From NCBI GenBank assembly GCA_035698945.1, contig DASSBH010000071.1, forward strand, positions 1 through 42,525: a stretch of DNA of 42,525 bases. The letters are read 5' to 3'. How positions within the stretch are numbered: the first letter of the stretch is position 1; each line of letters starts with the position of its first letter. This DNA is from Oleiagrimonas sp. GTDB taxonomy: Bacteria > Pseudomonadota > Gammaproteobacteria > Xanthomonadales > Rhodanobacteraceae. This document shows positions 27,472 through 38,549 of this stretch, one piece after another. A model generated the notes under the pieces. That model ran no database searches. It saw only the letters and a program-made list of their open reading frames with translations, and was not told the origin of the DNA. The translations under genes and the position numbers were made by a program.

Positions 27472-27498
27472 TGTGACCACAATCGAAAGAAAAAGTTT
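27472..27498 (-). promoter_or_regulatory. Candidate sigmaE (RpoE/AlgU-type) promoter for the moxR-bat operon
   Basis: Minus strand reads AAACTT-N16-TCACA (GTCACA) about 30 nt upstream of the moxR ATG and downstream of the pilQ terminator. Confidence 0.4.
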
Positions 27499-27517
27499 GA
27501 AATCTCGTACCACCACA

Positions 27518-27549
27518 GCAAAAAGGGCGACCGAAGCCGCCCTTTTTGC
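27518..27549 (-). terminator. Intrinsic terminator after pilQ
   Basis: GCAAAAAGGGCG-ACCGAAGC-CGCCCTTTTTGC. Confidence 0.85.
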
Positions 27550-27569
27550 CTCGCACATCCGCGCACCAC

Positions 27570-29750
27570 TCAGCGGGTGGTTTCGGCAAGGATGCGCGGC
27601 GTGACGAAGATCAGCAGTTCCGCCTTGGCGTTGCTCTTTTCGGTCTTGCGGAACAGCGCACCGAGGATCGGAATGTCGCCCAGGCCCGGCACCTTGGTCA
27701 CGTTGTTGCTCTTGTTGATTTCGTAGATGCCGCCCAGCACCACGGTCTGCCCATTGTCCACCAGCACCGAAGTGTTGATCGAACGATGGTTGAGCAGGGG
27801 CACCTGGCCGCCACCCGGATTGGCGATGAACTTGTCCAGCGCGTCCTTGGTGACGTTGATCTTCAGGAACACACGCTTGTCGGCGGTGATGGTCGGCGTG
27901 ACCTTGAGTTCCAGCACGGCGTTCTTGAACTGCACTGTCGGAATGGCGGTGCCACCCTGGGTGCCGCCCTGCACGGTGACATAGCCGATCTGCTGACCCT
28001 GCTGGATGTCCGCTTCCTGCTGGTTGGCGGTGATCACGCGCGGGCTGGAAATGATCTCGGTACGACCCTCGGTCTGCGCGGCCTGCAATTCCAGATCCAC
28101 CAGGTAGTTGGCGCCGAGGATGGCCAGGGCCGCACTGCCGGCGGGGCTGGCGATCGGCAGATTGACGTTGTAGCCGCCGTCACCGAGCTGCATGGTGACG
28201 GGATCGCCGTTGTGCAGGTCGATGCCTTCCTGACCGGCCGTATTGGCGGTCGGGCCGGTGACGAAGCGGTTCTTGCCGCTGTCTGACGTCTGCCAGCCCT
28301 GCACGCCCCACCTCACGCCCAGGTCGCGGGCAAAGCTGTCGGTGGCGGCGACGATGCGCGCCTCGATCAGCACCTGCTGCACCGGACGGTCGAGTCGGGC
28401 GACGAGATTCTTGATCTCCTTGACCTTGTCCGGCGTGTCGTTGATGAGCAACGTGTTGGTGCGCACGTCGAAGGTCACGCTGCCACGCGGCGACAGGAAC
28501 CCGTGCCCACCGCCACCGCTGCCGCCGCCCCTGCCGCCGGAGGACAGCAACTGGGCAATGTCCTTGGCCTTGCCGTAGCTGATGGGAATGTAGGCCGCCA
28601 CCAGCGGCGCGGAGTTGGCCGACTTGATGCGCGCTGCAGCCAGGCTTTGCTCGTAGGAAGCCAGCTCCTGCTGTGGCGCAATCCAGATGACATTGCCGTT
28701 GCGACGCTTGTCCAGACCCTTGGCGCGCAGGATCACGTCCAGCGCCTGATCCCACGGTACATCGTCGAGGTTCAACGTGACGCTGCCTTGCACGCTGTCG
28801 GCCGCCACCAGATTCAGGTGCGAGGTTTGAGCGATCAGCTGCAACGCCGCGCGCACCGGGATGTTCTGGAAGTTGAACGTCACGCGGGTGCCGGTGTAGG
28901 CCTTCTCCTTGACCGCGCCCACCTCATCGGCGGTTTTCTTCTCGACCTTCTTGGCCACTTCGATCACCAGCTGGTGATCCGCCTTGTACGAGGAGGTCAC
29001 CACCGGGCCGTCGACGGCCAGCGTGACGGTGCCGCCACCGATGCTGCCGGGCTTGGTGTCGATGGTCTGGACCGGCGTGGCGAAATCCATCACGTCCAGA
29101 CGCTTGGCCAGGTTCTGCGGCACGCTCACATCATCAAGGTGCACCACCACCTGACCATCTTCGGTCTGGATGCGCGACTGCAAGCCGCTGCCGTTGAAAT
29201 GGATCAGCACGCGACCGGCGCCGTTTTGCCCGCGACGGAAGCCGATCCGCGAAATCACGGCACTGCCGGGGCTGGCGGGCAGCGCCTTGGTCGGGTCGAT
29301 GGTGGCCGCCACGGTTCCCGTGGTGGTGCCTTCGCCGTTGTCGACGATCAATTTCAGCGTCTGGCCGTCGACCTCGGTGCGATAGCTGGCCGGACGCAGC
29401 AAATCCACAACCAGGCGCGTGCGCCCGCCGGCGGAAACCACGGAAATGCCCGACGTGGCGCCGATACCGATATCCATGTGCTTGCGCGCCACCGCGTTGA
29501 CGGTGTCGGCAAAATCCACGGCGATGCGCGGCGGCTGTGTGGTCGTGAAGATTTTCGGCTGCGGCACGGTTCCGCCCGTGAAGGTGAGGTCGATTTCGAC
29601 CCGGCCTCCCGGCAGTTCCTGATGGCTGACCTGACCGAGCGTGGTCGTTGCAGGCGCAGCCAGCGCGCCGCCGGCGAATGCCAGCAGGACAAGCGCCAGC
29701 ATACTGGACACCAGGGCCCGGCTCCGAAGATGAATGGTTTGATTGGTCAT
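27570..29750 (-). CDS. pilQ: Type IV pilus secretin PilQ
   Basis: AMIN-like domains (PPRIAVDF), YTGTRVTFNFQNIPVR, VPWDQALDVIL, QQVLIEARIV, secretin LELKVTP..GQTVVLGGI..VPGLGDIPILGALFR..ELLIFVTPRI. Confidence 0.96.
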   Translation of the reverse strand: MTNQTIHLRSRALVSSMLALVLLAFAGGALAAPATTTLGQVSHQELPGGRVEIDLTFTGGTVPQPKIFTTTQPPRIAVDFADTVNAVARKHMDIGIGATSGISVVSAGGRTRLVVDLLRPASYRTEVDGQTLKLIVDNGEGTTTGTVAATIDPTKALPASPGSAVISRIGFRRGQNGAGRVLIHFNGSGLQSRIQTEDGQVVVHLDDVSVPQNLAKRLDVMDFATPVQTIDTKPGSIGGGTVTLAVDGPVVTSSYKADHQLVIEVAKKVEKKTADEVGAVKEKAYTGTRVTFNFQNIPVRAALQLIAQTSHLNLVAADSVQGSVTLNLDDVPWDQALDVILRAKGLDKRRNGNVIWIAPQQELASYEQSLAAARIKSANSAPLVAAYIPISYGKAKDIAQLLSSGGRGGGSGGGGHGFLSPRGSVTFDVRTNTLLINDTPDKVKEIKNLVARLDRPVQQVLIEARIVAATDSFARDLGVRWGVQGWQTSDSGKNRFVTGPTANTAGQEGIDLHNGDPVTMQLGDGGYNVNLPIASPAGSAALAILGANYLVDLELQAAQTEGRTEIISSPRVITANQQEADIQQGQQIGYVTVQGGTQGGTAIPTVQFKNAVLELKVTPTITADKRVFLKINVTKDALDKFIANPGGGQVPLLNHRSINTSVLVDNGQTVVLGGIYEINKSNNVTKVPGLGDIPILGALFRKTEKSNAKAELLIFVTPRILAETTR

Positions 29751-29772
29751 GTACATCACCCCCGATGGGTCC

Positions 29773-30300
29773 TCATTGCGTGCTGAGCGCGATGCTCGCC
29801 TTGCGTTCCATCCAGCCGCCATTGCCGTTGGGAACCAGTTCGACCAGGTCGACATGATTGCCCTCGATATCGGTGACGCGGCCATAGTTTTGCCCCATGT
29901 ATTGATTGACGTGGATGCGGTAGATCTTGTGGTTGGGATCCTGGATCAAGGCAACCATGCCGTTGCCGGTTCCGATGCTGCCGACCATTTTCAGACTGTC
30001 CAGCGCGAAAGCCTCCAACGGCTGCCTGGGTCGGTTCTGATCCGGGTGCGGCCCATTGGCGATGCTCTGTTTCTGCTGATCGGACACCGGGACCGAGAAC
30101 GGATCGCGCTTGTCCTGGTCCTTGTAGATGAAGGTCTCGAAGGTCTTGATGACCGGCAACGGCGGCATCGGCGCACCTTTTTTCGCCTTCTGCTTGGCCA
30201 CCCACTGGTGCAGGTCGGCGGTGCCTTTCGTGCAACCGGCCATGGCGCCGAGGACAAGCAGGATCAACAACAGGCGCAGGTATTTGGCTTGCATTCTCAC
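29773..30300 (-). CDS. pilP: Type IV pilus lipoprotein PilP
   Basis: Lipobox MAGC, RDPF, PLEAFALDSLKMVG, YMGQNYGRV. Confidence 0.94.
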   Translation of the reverse strand: MRMQAKYLRLLLILLVLGAMAGCTKGTADLHQWVAKQKAKKGAPMPPLPVIKTFETFIYKDQDKRDPFSVPVSDQQKQSIANGPHPDQNRPRQPLEAFALDSLKMVGSIGTGNGMVALIQDPNHKIYRIHVNQYMGQNYGRVTDIEGNHVDLVELVPNGNGGWMERKASIALSTQ

Positions 30301-30938
30301 TTGCCCCCCTTGCCGCCATCGACGTCGTCGTCAAGGTAACGGTAGGTCTTGACCGTGCCCTGCAACACCAGCAGGCGGCCATCCGCCATGCTGCCCTTGT
30401 CGGGCTTTCCTTGCAGCGGCGTCAGCGACACGTTGTGCATGGTCAGGATGACCACGCGCGGCAGTGACGCGACATCACTGATGAAGGTACCGAACTGGTG
30501 GTAGGTGCCGACCATTTTCAGGCCGATCGGCTGCTCGGCATAGAAATCCTTGGTGTTTTCGCCTTTGACCTCGAACACCTCGGTGTCGATGCCCGCAGCC
30601 AGTGCGGTTTGCGAAATATCCACCAGCAGCTGCGGCATTTCGGTCTTGCTCGGCAGCTGGCGCAGCAACTGGTGCAGCATGTCCTTCATGTCGGCCAGCT
30701 GTTTCTCCAGCGCATCGAGATTGACCGCCTTGGCCTGCTTCTGGGCAAATTCCTGCTTGAGCTTGGTTTCCTTCTGTGCGGCACTGGCCAGATCATCCTG
30801 CTGGGTGCTGACCTTGAAGTACCAGCCGCCCAGGATCACCACGCCGAACAGCAGCACCATGAAGAACACTTTGACCGACTTCGGCCAGCCGCCCACGTTG
30901 TTGCGGTCGAGGTTGCGCAGGTCGTCGACAAGTTTCAT
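30297..30938 (-). CDS. pilO: Type IV pilus protein PilO
   Basis: GGWP, LLRQLPSKTEMPQLLVDIS, FYAEQPI, GTYHQFGTF..LPRVV, KTYRY. Confidence 0.95.
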   Translation of the reverse strand: MKLVDDLRNLDRNNVGGWPKSVKVFFMVLLFGVVILGGWYFKVSTQQDDLASAAQKETKLKQEFAQKQAKAVNLDALEKQLADMKDMLHQLLRQLPSKTEMPQLLVDISQTALAAGIDTEVFEVKGENTKDFYAEQPIGLKMVGTYHQFGTFISDVASLPRVVILTMHNVSLTPLQGKPDKGSMADGRLLVLQGTVKTYRYLDDDVDGGKGGK

Positions 30939-31723
30939 GACTTGACTCCCTTTTCGCCGCCAGCCAACGGCAATGTCACGGCGCCGGGTTTTGCACCGGT
31001 CGCCGTCGTCTTGTCGCCGATGTCATTCGTCTTTCCTTGCGCCGGCTCTTTCGGCGCGATGACGTTGATCGCTCCACCCTGATCCGCCGCGGAAGCCGCT
31101 GCGGCCGGAAGTGCGGCGTTCGCGGTCGCCTTGTCGTTCTGGGCGGCCTTCGCATTCGCGGCCGCCTCGCGCTCCGCGTCGGATGGTTTGCTCAGATTCA
31201 CGCCGAGGCTGAACGAATAGGGCATCCGCGATCCGTCATGATTGTTGACGGTCTTTTTCAGGACGGGTGTGCCCAACCAGGGCGATGCTTCCAGGTTGCG
31301 CATGTATTCGGCCACGCTCGCGTTGGACTGGGCCACGCCGACCAGCTCCAGATGCTGCTTGTTCTGCTTGAGCGAAGTCAGGCGTACGCTGTCGGGAGCG
31401 GTTTTCACCAGCACGTCGAACAGGTGCACCATCTGCGAACGGTTCGATTGCAGCTTCTCGATGATGCGTTTGCGATCCAGCAGTTGCTGGCGCACCTTTT
31501 CCAGATCCTTGATCTTGTCGATCTTGACCTGCACCTGCTTGATCTGGCCGTTGAGGTAGTCGTTGCGCGCATTCTGGTTGTCGATGCGCTGCCCCATCCA
31601 GAAAGCCCACCCGATCACCACGATCAGGCCGGCCACGCCGGCCAGCACCAGCTGGCCATAGAATTCGCGCTCGCGCTGCTTGCGCCGCTCCGCACGCCAC
31701 GGTAATAGGTTGATGTGCGCCAT
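30935..31723 (-). CDS. pilN: Type IV pilus protein PilN
   Basis: INLLPWR PilM-binding motif, TM, coiled coil, GVAQSNASVAEYMRNLEASPW. Confidence 0.95.
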   Translation of the reverse strand: MAHINLLPWRAERRKQREREFYGQLVLAGVAGLIVVIGWAFWMGQRIDNQNARNDYLNGQIKQVQVKIDKIKDLEKVRQQLLDRKRIIEKLQSNRSQMVHLFDVLVKTAPDSVRLTSLKQNKQHLELVGVAQSNASVAEYMRNLEASPWLGTPVLKKTVNNHDGSRMPYSFSLGVNLSKPSDAEREAAANAKAAQNDKATANAALPAAAASAADQGGAINVIAPKEPAQGKTNDIGDKTTATGAKPGAVTLPLAGGEKGVKS

Positions 31724-32778
31724 CAGTCAAAACTCCTCATGGCGAGTCCAGCGGCGATCATCAACGCCGGTGCATCCCGGGACAGCCGCTCGCGGATACG
31801 CGGCGGCACGTTCATGCCCGCCAGCGGATTGGCAACGCAGCACGGCAGGTCGAGCTGTTCCTCGGCCATGTCCGTGATGCCTTCGATCGAGGCGCAACCG
31901 CCGGCGAGCACCAGCTGGTCGACCTTGCTGTGCTCGCTGCTGGCATAGAAGAACTGCAACAATCGACTGATCTGCTGGACGGCGTTTTCGCGGAAGGGAT
32001 CGAGCACTTCCACTTCGTACGTGTCGGGCAACCCACCCTGCAGCTTGGCGCGAACGGCATCTTCCTGCGACATGCCGTAATGGCGCATGATGTTTTCGGT
32101 CAGCTGCTTGCCCCCGAACACCTGCTCGCGCGAATACACGGTGCGCTGATTCTTGAGAATCGCCAGCGAAGTCATGGTTTCGCCGATGTCGACCACGGCC
32201 ACCAGGGCATCGCGCGACACCGCCATCTGGTCGACGATCAACTGAAAGGCGTTCTCCATGGCAAAGGCTTCGACGTCGACGACCTTGGCCGTCAACCCGC
32301 CCAGATCCAGCGCCGCCACGCGCATGTCCACGTTTTCGGTGCGCGAGGCCGCCAGGAGGATGTTGTTCATCTCCGGGTTGTCGCGTACCGGGCCGAGGGT
32401 CTCGAAGTCGAGACTGATTTCCTCGATTGGATAGGGGATGTACTGGTTGGCCTCGACCTGGATCTGGCCTTCGAGGTCTTCCTCGGACAACTCGGCAGGC
32501 ATGGTGATGACCTTGGTGATCACCGCCGAGCCGGCCACCGCGGCTGCCGCATGCTTGAGCTTGCTGCCCGATTGCGACAAGGCACGACGAACCGCCTCGC
32601 CGACGGCCTCGACCTCGACGATGTTTTTTTCCACCACAGCGTTGGTTGGCAACGGCTCGACGGCATAGTGCTCGACGCGATAACGCGAGCCGCTGCGCCC
32701 GAGCTGCAACAGCCGAACTGCGGTGGAACTGATGTCGACACCGATCAACGGTGCCGTCTTGGGAGTGAACAGGCTCAC
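31723..32778 (-). CDS. pilM: Type IV pilus actin-like protein PilM
   Basis: LIGVDISSTAVRLLQL, YIPYPIEEISLDF, VVDVEAFAM, VVDIG, LAGG, MIAAGLAMRSF; GTG start. Confidence 0.96.
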   Translation of the reverse strand: MSLFTPKTAPLIGVDISSTAVRLLQLGRSGSRYRVEHYAVEPLPTNAVVEKNIVEVEAVGEAVRRALSQSGSKLKHAAAAVAGSAVITKVITMPAELSEEDLEGQIQVEANQYIPYPIEEISLDFETLGPVRDNPEMNNILLAASRTENVDMRVAALDLGGLTAKVVDVEAFAMENAFQLIVDQMAVSRDALVAVVDIGETMTSLAILKNQRTVYSREQVFGGKQLTENIMRHYGMSQEDAVRAKLQGGLPDTYEVEVLDPFRENAVQQISRLLQFFYASSEHSKVDQLVLAGGCASIEGITDMAEEQLDLPCCVANPLAGMNVPPRIRERLSRDAPALMIAAGLAMRSFD

Positions 32779-32827
32779 AAATCCCCCTTCCCCGACACGA
32801 CCTTACGAAATATTGGTTCGCATCTAC

Positions 32828-32856
32828 ATTAAATATCAGACTTAACAGTTTGGCAA
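32828..32856 (-). promoter_or_regulatory. Sigma70-like promoter of pilMNOPQ
   Basis: Minus strand TTGCCA-N17-TTTAAT in an AT-rich patch about 50 nt upstream of pilM. Confidence 0.65.
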
Positions 32857-33112
32857 CAAGCACGGTTTTCGGCAACGGCCAACTGGTTCACATAACCTCG
32901 AGCCAGTTTCCTGTGCCTGCGACACCGACGCACACCCCGTCAATCGCGGAATTTGCGTTGCCGCGCACACGTTGTCTCGCTGAATACCCTTGTTTCCGGT
33001 TCCTCGCCAGCTGTCCCACCCCTATACTTGATCGATCGCGGGCAGCGCGTTGGGGCACATTACCCGCATGCAGCGTCTGCCGACCTTGACTCCCATCACA
33101 ACTCACGCGTCC

Positions 33113-35602
33113 ATGCGAATTTTCAAGCGTCTGCTGCGTTATGCCGTCATTCTCGTCCTGGTCGGCGGCCTGCTGGGGGCTGCCGCCACCGGCGTCGTCT
33201 ACTGGCTGATTTCGCCGCGCCTGCCCTCGGTGGCGTCCCTGAAGGATGTGCATCTGCAGGTGCCGTTGCGGGTGGTCAGCGCCGACGGCAAGCTGATCGC
33301 CACCTTCGGCGAGAACCACCGCATCCCGGTACGCATCGAGAATGTGCCGAAAGACCTCAAGGACGCCGTGCTCGCCGCCGAGGATGCGGATTTCTATCAC
33401 CATTCTGGCATCGACATCAAAGGCACGTTGCGCGCGGCCATGAAGGTGATCCTGTCCGGCGGCCGGAAAACCCAGGGCGGCTCCACCATCACCCAGCAGG
33501 TGGCGCGCAACTTCTTTCTCAGCCCGCAGAAGACCTATACGCGCAAGATCACCGAAATTTTCACGTCCTTCCGCATCGAGAACGAGCTGACCAAGGATCA
33601 GATCCTGGAGCTCTACCTCAACAAGATGTTCCTCGGCCACCGCAATTACGGGGTCGGCTCGGCCGCGCAGTATTACTACGGCAAATCCGTGCAGGAGCTG
33701 ACGCTGCCCGAGTGCGCGATGATCGCCTCCAGCTTCCAGTTGCCCTCGCTGGTCAACCCGGCCGATGGCGGCAAACGTGCCCTCAATCGGCGCAATTGGG
33801 TGCTTGGGCAGATGCTGTCGCATCACTTCATCAACCGCGACCAGTACGAAAAAGCCGTGGCCACGCCGATCGTGGCGTCGGCGCACGAGCTGCCCATCGA
33901 GGTGCATGCCGCGTATGTGGCGGAGATGGTTCGCCAGAAAGCCCTGCAGCTGCTGGGCAATGCCGCGCTCACGGGCGGTTACGTGGTGCATACCACCATC
34001 GACAGCCACATGCAGGGCGCCGCCAACCAGGCGCTGCGTTCGGGGCTGATCGCCTACGACCAGCGCCATGGCTATCGCGGCCCCGAGGCGCACGTGAAGT
34101 TGTCGGCCACAGCCACACAGGCCGATTACGACCACGCGCTGGAAAAATTCGCGACCATCGCCAATCTCGAACCCGGTCTGGTGATTGACAGCGATGCCAG
34201 CCATGCGGTGGTGTATCTGGGCAATGGCAACGACATCACCCTGAAGCTGAAGGCCGTCGACTGGGCGCGCCGCTACATCAACCACAATCGCCAGGGCCCC
34301 AAACCCAAGGCCGTCGACGATGTGGTCAAGCGTGGCGACATCATCCGCGTGGCTCGCGACGACAAGGGACAGTGGCAGCTGTCGGAAGTGCCCGCGGCGG
34401 AATCGGGCATGGTGGCGCTGGATCCGGCAACCGGGGCCGTCAAGGCACTGGTGGGCGGCTTCAGCTTCATTCGCAATAAGTACAACCACGCACTCATGCC
34501 GGGCAGCGGGCGCGGCCCCGGCTCCGGCTTCAAACCCTACTTCTACGCGGCCGCACTCGATCACGGCTTCACGCCAGCCTCCATCATCAATGACGCGCCG
34601 GTGGTGTTTCCCGACCCGTCCAGGCCCGACGGCGTATGGACACCTTCCAACGACAACGACGAATTTGCCGGTCCCACGCGTTTGCGCGTGGCGCTGTACA
34701 AGTCGCTGAACCTGGTCGCCGTGCGTCTGCTGGACGCCATCGGCGTGGACTACGCGCGCCACTACGCGACCCGCTTCGGCTTCAGCCTCGACCAGCTGCC
34801 GGACAACCTGTCGCTGGCGCTGGGTACCGCCTCGCTCTCGCCCATGAGCATGGCCCGCGGCTACGCCGTCTTTGCCAACGGCGGATACCTGGTCGATCCG
34901 TATTTCATCAGCTCCATCGACAACCGCGACGGCCAGCCCGTGTATCGGGCCGATCCGCTGAGCGCATGCAACCAGTGCCAGCAACGCCTGCTGCAGGATC
35001 CTGACAACCCTGACAGCATTGCCCAACTGGCCAGTGCCGGCAGCGCGCCGCAACCCGTTCTCGTTCCGGTATCCGCCGCATCGGCATCCAGGGCCGATGC
35101 ATCCGAACCGCGTCTGGCGCCCCGCACCATGGGCGTGCGCACGGCCTATCTGATGACCTCCATGATGCACAGCGTGATTCGCCGGGGCACCGGCTACGCC
35201 GCGCGGGCACTGGGCCGCAACGACCTGTCCGGCAAGACCGGCTCCAACGAGGATCGCGACGCCTGGTTCACCGGTTACAACGCGAACCTGGTGACCGCCG
35301 TATGGGTGGGCTTCGACAACTACTCGCTGCTCGGCCGCGGCGAATTCGGCGCCAAGGCGGCCCTGCCCATCTGGATGGATTTCATGGGCCCGGCGCTCAA
35401 GGGCACGCCGTCGGCCACGTTGCCGATGCCGCCCGGCATCGCCACGCTGACCATCAACAAGGACACCGGCCTGCCCACCAGCCCCGACGATCCGGATGCC
35501 ATGCAGGAAATCTTCAAGGTCGAGGACGTGGCGCGGCTGCGCGCCGAGGCGCGGCAACAGAAGCATCAGCAGCAGCAGCAGAAGGCGTTCGACATCTTTT
35601 GA
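33113..35602 (+). CDS. mrcA: Penicillin-binding protein 1A
   Basis: Transglycosylase AAEDADFYHHSG, QGGSTITQQVARN, RKITE, ELYLN; transpeptidase SGFK, SLN, KTG; divergent from pilM as usual. Confidence 0.96.
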   Translation: MRIFKRLLRYAVILVLVGGLLGAAATGVVYWLISPRLPSVASLKDVHLQVPLRVVSADGKLIATFGENHRIPVRIENVPKDLKDAVLAAEDADFYHHSGIDIKGTLRAAMKVILSGGRKTQGGSTITQQVARNFFLSPQKTYTRKITEIFTSFRIENELTKDQILELYLNKMFLGHRNYGVGSAAQYYYGKSVQELTLPECAMIASSFQLPSLVNPADGGKRALNRRNWVLGQMLSHHFINRDQYEKAVATPIVASAHELPIEVHAAYVAEMVRQKALQLLGNAALTGGYVVHTTIDSHMQGAANQALRSGLIAYDQRHGYRGPEAHVKLSATATQADYDHALEKFATIANLEPGLVIDSDASHAVVYLGNGNDITLKLKAVDWARRYINHNRQGPKPKAVDDVVKRGDIIRVARDDKGQWQLSEVPAAESGMVALDPATGAVKALVGGFSFIRNKYNHALMPGSGRGPGSGFKPYFYAAALDHGFTPASIINDAPVVFPDPSRPDGVWTPSNDNDEFAGPTRLRVALYKSLNLVAVRLLDAIGVDYARHYATRFGFSLDQLPDNLSLALGTASLSPMSMARGYAVFANGGYLVDPYFISSIDNRDGQPVYRADPLSACNQCQQRLLQDPDNPDSIAQLASAGSAPQPVLVPVSAASASRADASEPRLAPRTMGVRTAYLMTSMMHSVIRRGTGYAARALGRNDLSGKTGSNEDRDAWFTGYNANLVTAVWVGFDNYSLLGRGEFGAKAALPIWMDFMGPALKGTPSATLPMPPGIATLTINKDTGLPTSPDDPDAMQEIFKVEDVARLRAEARQQKHQQQQQKAFDIF

Positions 35603-35615
35603 CGGCCCAGAGCGC

Positions 35616-35715
35616 GTAGGGCGGGCACTGCCCGCCATGGAAATCGCAAGAATCCCGAAGACCATGAAGGTTTGCGTTTATCCGCGCACGTTGCGGCGGG
35701 CAGTGCCCGTCCTGC
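35616..35715. repeat. GTAG-type REP doublet, copy 2
   Basis: GTAGGGCGGGCACTGCCCGCC ... GGCGGGCAGTGCCCGTCCTGC. Confidence 0.85.
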
Positions 35716-35807
35716 CTGGATTCGTGTCCGACCGACGCTTTCGCCGATGCTTCAAACAGCGGCCTGCTCTGCTACTCTGTAAGCGTGCAAGGTAACCGGA
35801 GCCGGTC

Positions 35808-36440
35808 ATGTCCAGAGGCGAGTACCACCGCATCCATGCGCAGGATCGACTGCAACGCAATCGCTATCTCATCGCCCGCGAAGCGGCCCGATTGATCAGC
35901 GAGCACGGTATCCACGACTTTCGCCATGCCAAGCGCAAGGCCGCGCACCGGCTCGGCATCCATGACGACCAGGCGCTGCCGCGCAACCGCGAAATCGATC
36001 AGGCGCTGCGTGAACATCAGCGCCTTTTTCTTGCCGAAAGCCAACCGCTGGCCCTGCGTCAGCGACGCGAAGCCGCCTGCGAGGCCATGCGCTTTTTCGC
36101 CCGGTTTCAGCCGCGCCTGGTGGGATCGGTGCTGAACGGTACCGCCGACGAACACTCGGCGGTGCAATTGCACCTATTCTGTGACGACGTGGAAGCATTC
36201 ACGCGCTTTTTGCACGAGCACGACATTCCGGCACGCCAACAGACACGGCGTTTGCGCCTGACCCGCGACACCTATGCCGATTACCCGATGTTTCTGTTCA
36301 CTGCCGATGGCCTGCCCTTCGACCTCACGCTGATGCCGCAAGATCAACTGCGGCATGCGCCGCTCGACCCGCTGGACGAGCACCCGATGCCGCGCGCCAC
36401 GCTGCCCGCCGTGGAAGCCCTGCTCGAAAATTACCCGTAG
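35808..36440 (+). CDS. Hypothetical protein with a nucleotidyltransferase-like GS motif
   Basis: IAREAARLISEHGIHDFRHAKRKAA..LPRNREI N-terminal domain; PRLVGSVLNGTADEHSAVQLHLF; SD GGAG. Confidence 0.8.
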   Translation: MSRGEYHRIHAQDRLQRNRYLIAREAARLISEHGIHDFRHAKRKAAHRLGIHDDQALPRNREIDQALREHQRLFLAESQPLALRQRREAACEAMRFFARFQPRLVGSVLNGTADEHSAVQLHLFCDDVEAFTRFLHEHDIPARQQTRRLRLTRDTYADYPMFLFTADGLPFDLTLMPQDQLRHAPLDPLDEHPMPRATLPAVEALLENYP

Positions 36441-36564
36441 GGCGGGCACTGCCCGCCGTGGAACATCCGGCAAACCGAAAACTTCATGCAACAACTTGGT
36501 GAGCATTGCTCACCATGAAGCCGGACGCCTCGAAACCACCCATGGCGGGCAGTGCCCGCCCTGC
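36437..36564. repeat. GTAG-type REP doublet, copy 3, with an internal variant palindrome
   Basis: GTAGGGCGGGCACTGCCCGCC ... GGTGAGCATTGCTCACC (36498-36514) ... GGCGGGCAGTGCCCGCCCTGC. Confidence 0.85.
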
Positions 36565-36595
36565 TCGTGAGTGGCCACTCCATTGCCCGGATACG

Positions 36596-36622
36596 AAAAC
36601 GCCCCGCACAGCGGGGCGTTTC
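36596..36622 (-). terminator. Intrinsic terminator after gltA
   Basis: AAAACGCCCCGC-ACA-GCGGGGCGTTT. Confidence 0.8.
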
Positions 36623-36644
36623 GTGAAGCAAGCGGCGTCTTCGA

Positions 36645-37940
<1,296 letters not shown>

Positions 37941-38129
37941 TTCGGACTCCTTGAATCATGCTTCGGCGCGGCGGTGCCGACACCGGTAGGTATGGGGAAA
38001 ACGCGCGTCGGCAGCGGGGGACTCGGTCGGGCGCGCCGGACGGCATGTGTCATCCGGTAGCCGCTCATTATCGCATATTCCGCAAGGATATGCCTCTGGC
38101 GCAATGCGCGGCGAGGCGCCACAAACGCC

Positions 38130-38154
38130 AAAAGCCGCGGGGCTCCCCACGGCT
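38130..38154 (-). terminator. Probable terminator after the L31 gene
   Basis: Minus strand AGCCGTGGGG-AG-CCCCGCGGCT followed by TTT. Confidence 0.55.
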
Positions 38155-38209
38155 CAAGGCATGCTTCGGCAAACCGGCAGCAAGAGCTGTCGGCTGCGGC
38201 AGGAAGGGC

Positions 38210-38464
38210 TTACTTCTTGCCGGTCGAGGCGTAGCGGCGACGGAACTTGTCGACGCGGCCGCCCAGGTCAAGCGACTTCTGCTTGCCGGTGTAGAAGGGA
38301 TGCGAATGGCTGGAAACGTCCACCTTGATCAGCGGATACTCGTTGCCGTCTTCCCACTTGATGGTGTCCTTGCTGGACATCGTGGACTGGGTCAGAAAGG
38401 CAAAATCGGACGATGCGTCCTGGAAAACCACCGGCTTGTAGGTGGGATGAATATCGGGCTTCAT
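38210..38464 (-). CDS. rpmE2: 50S ribosomal protein L31 type B (no Zn-binding cysteines)
   Basis: [52 protein letters not shown]. Confidence 0.95.
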   Translation of the reverse strand: MKPDIHPTYKPVVFQDASSDFAFLTQSTMSSKDTIKWEDGNEYPLIKVDVSSHSHPFYTGKQKSLDLGGRVDKFRRRYASTGKK

Positions 38465-38549
38465 GGCTCGCTCCGGAAAAAGCGCGGCGGAAAAGACGGG
38501 CATTTTAGCGTGGGGACGGCCTGCGCCGCAACAGCTGGGCGCACGGCGG

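Noticed and set aside
20200-32778. pilMNOPQ plus moxR-Bat as a single novel secretion system
   Set aside because: A strong terminator separates them, both modules are known, and from memory this adjacency is common in Xanthomonadales.
38210-38549. Type-B L31 as a zinc-starvation paralogue
   Set aside because: No Zur-box-like AT-rich palindrome upstream and no L36 paralogue next to it; from memory this is the housekeeping L31 in this lineage.
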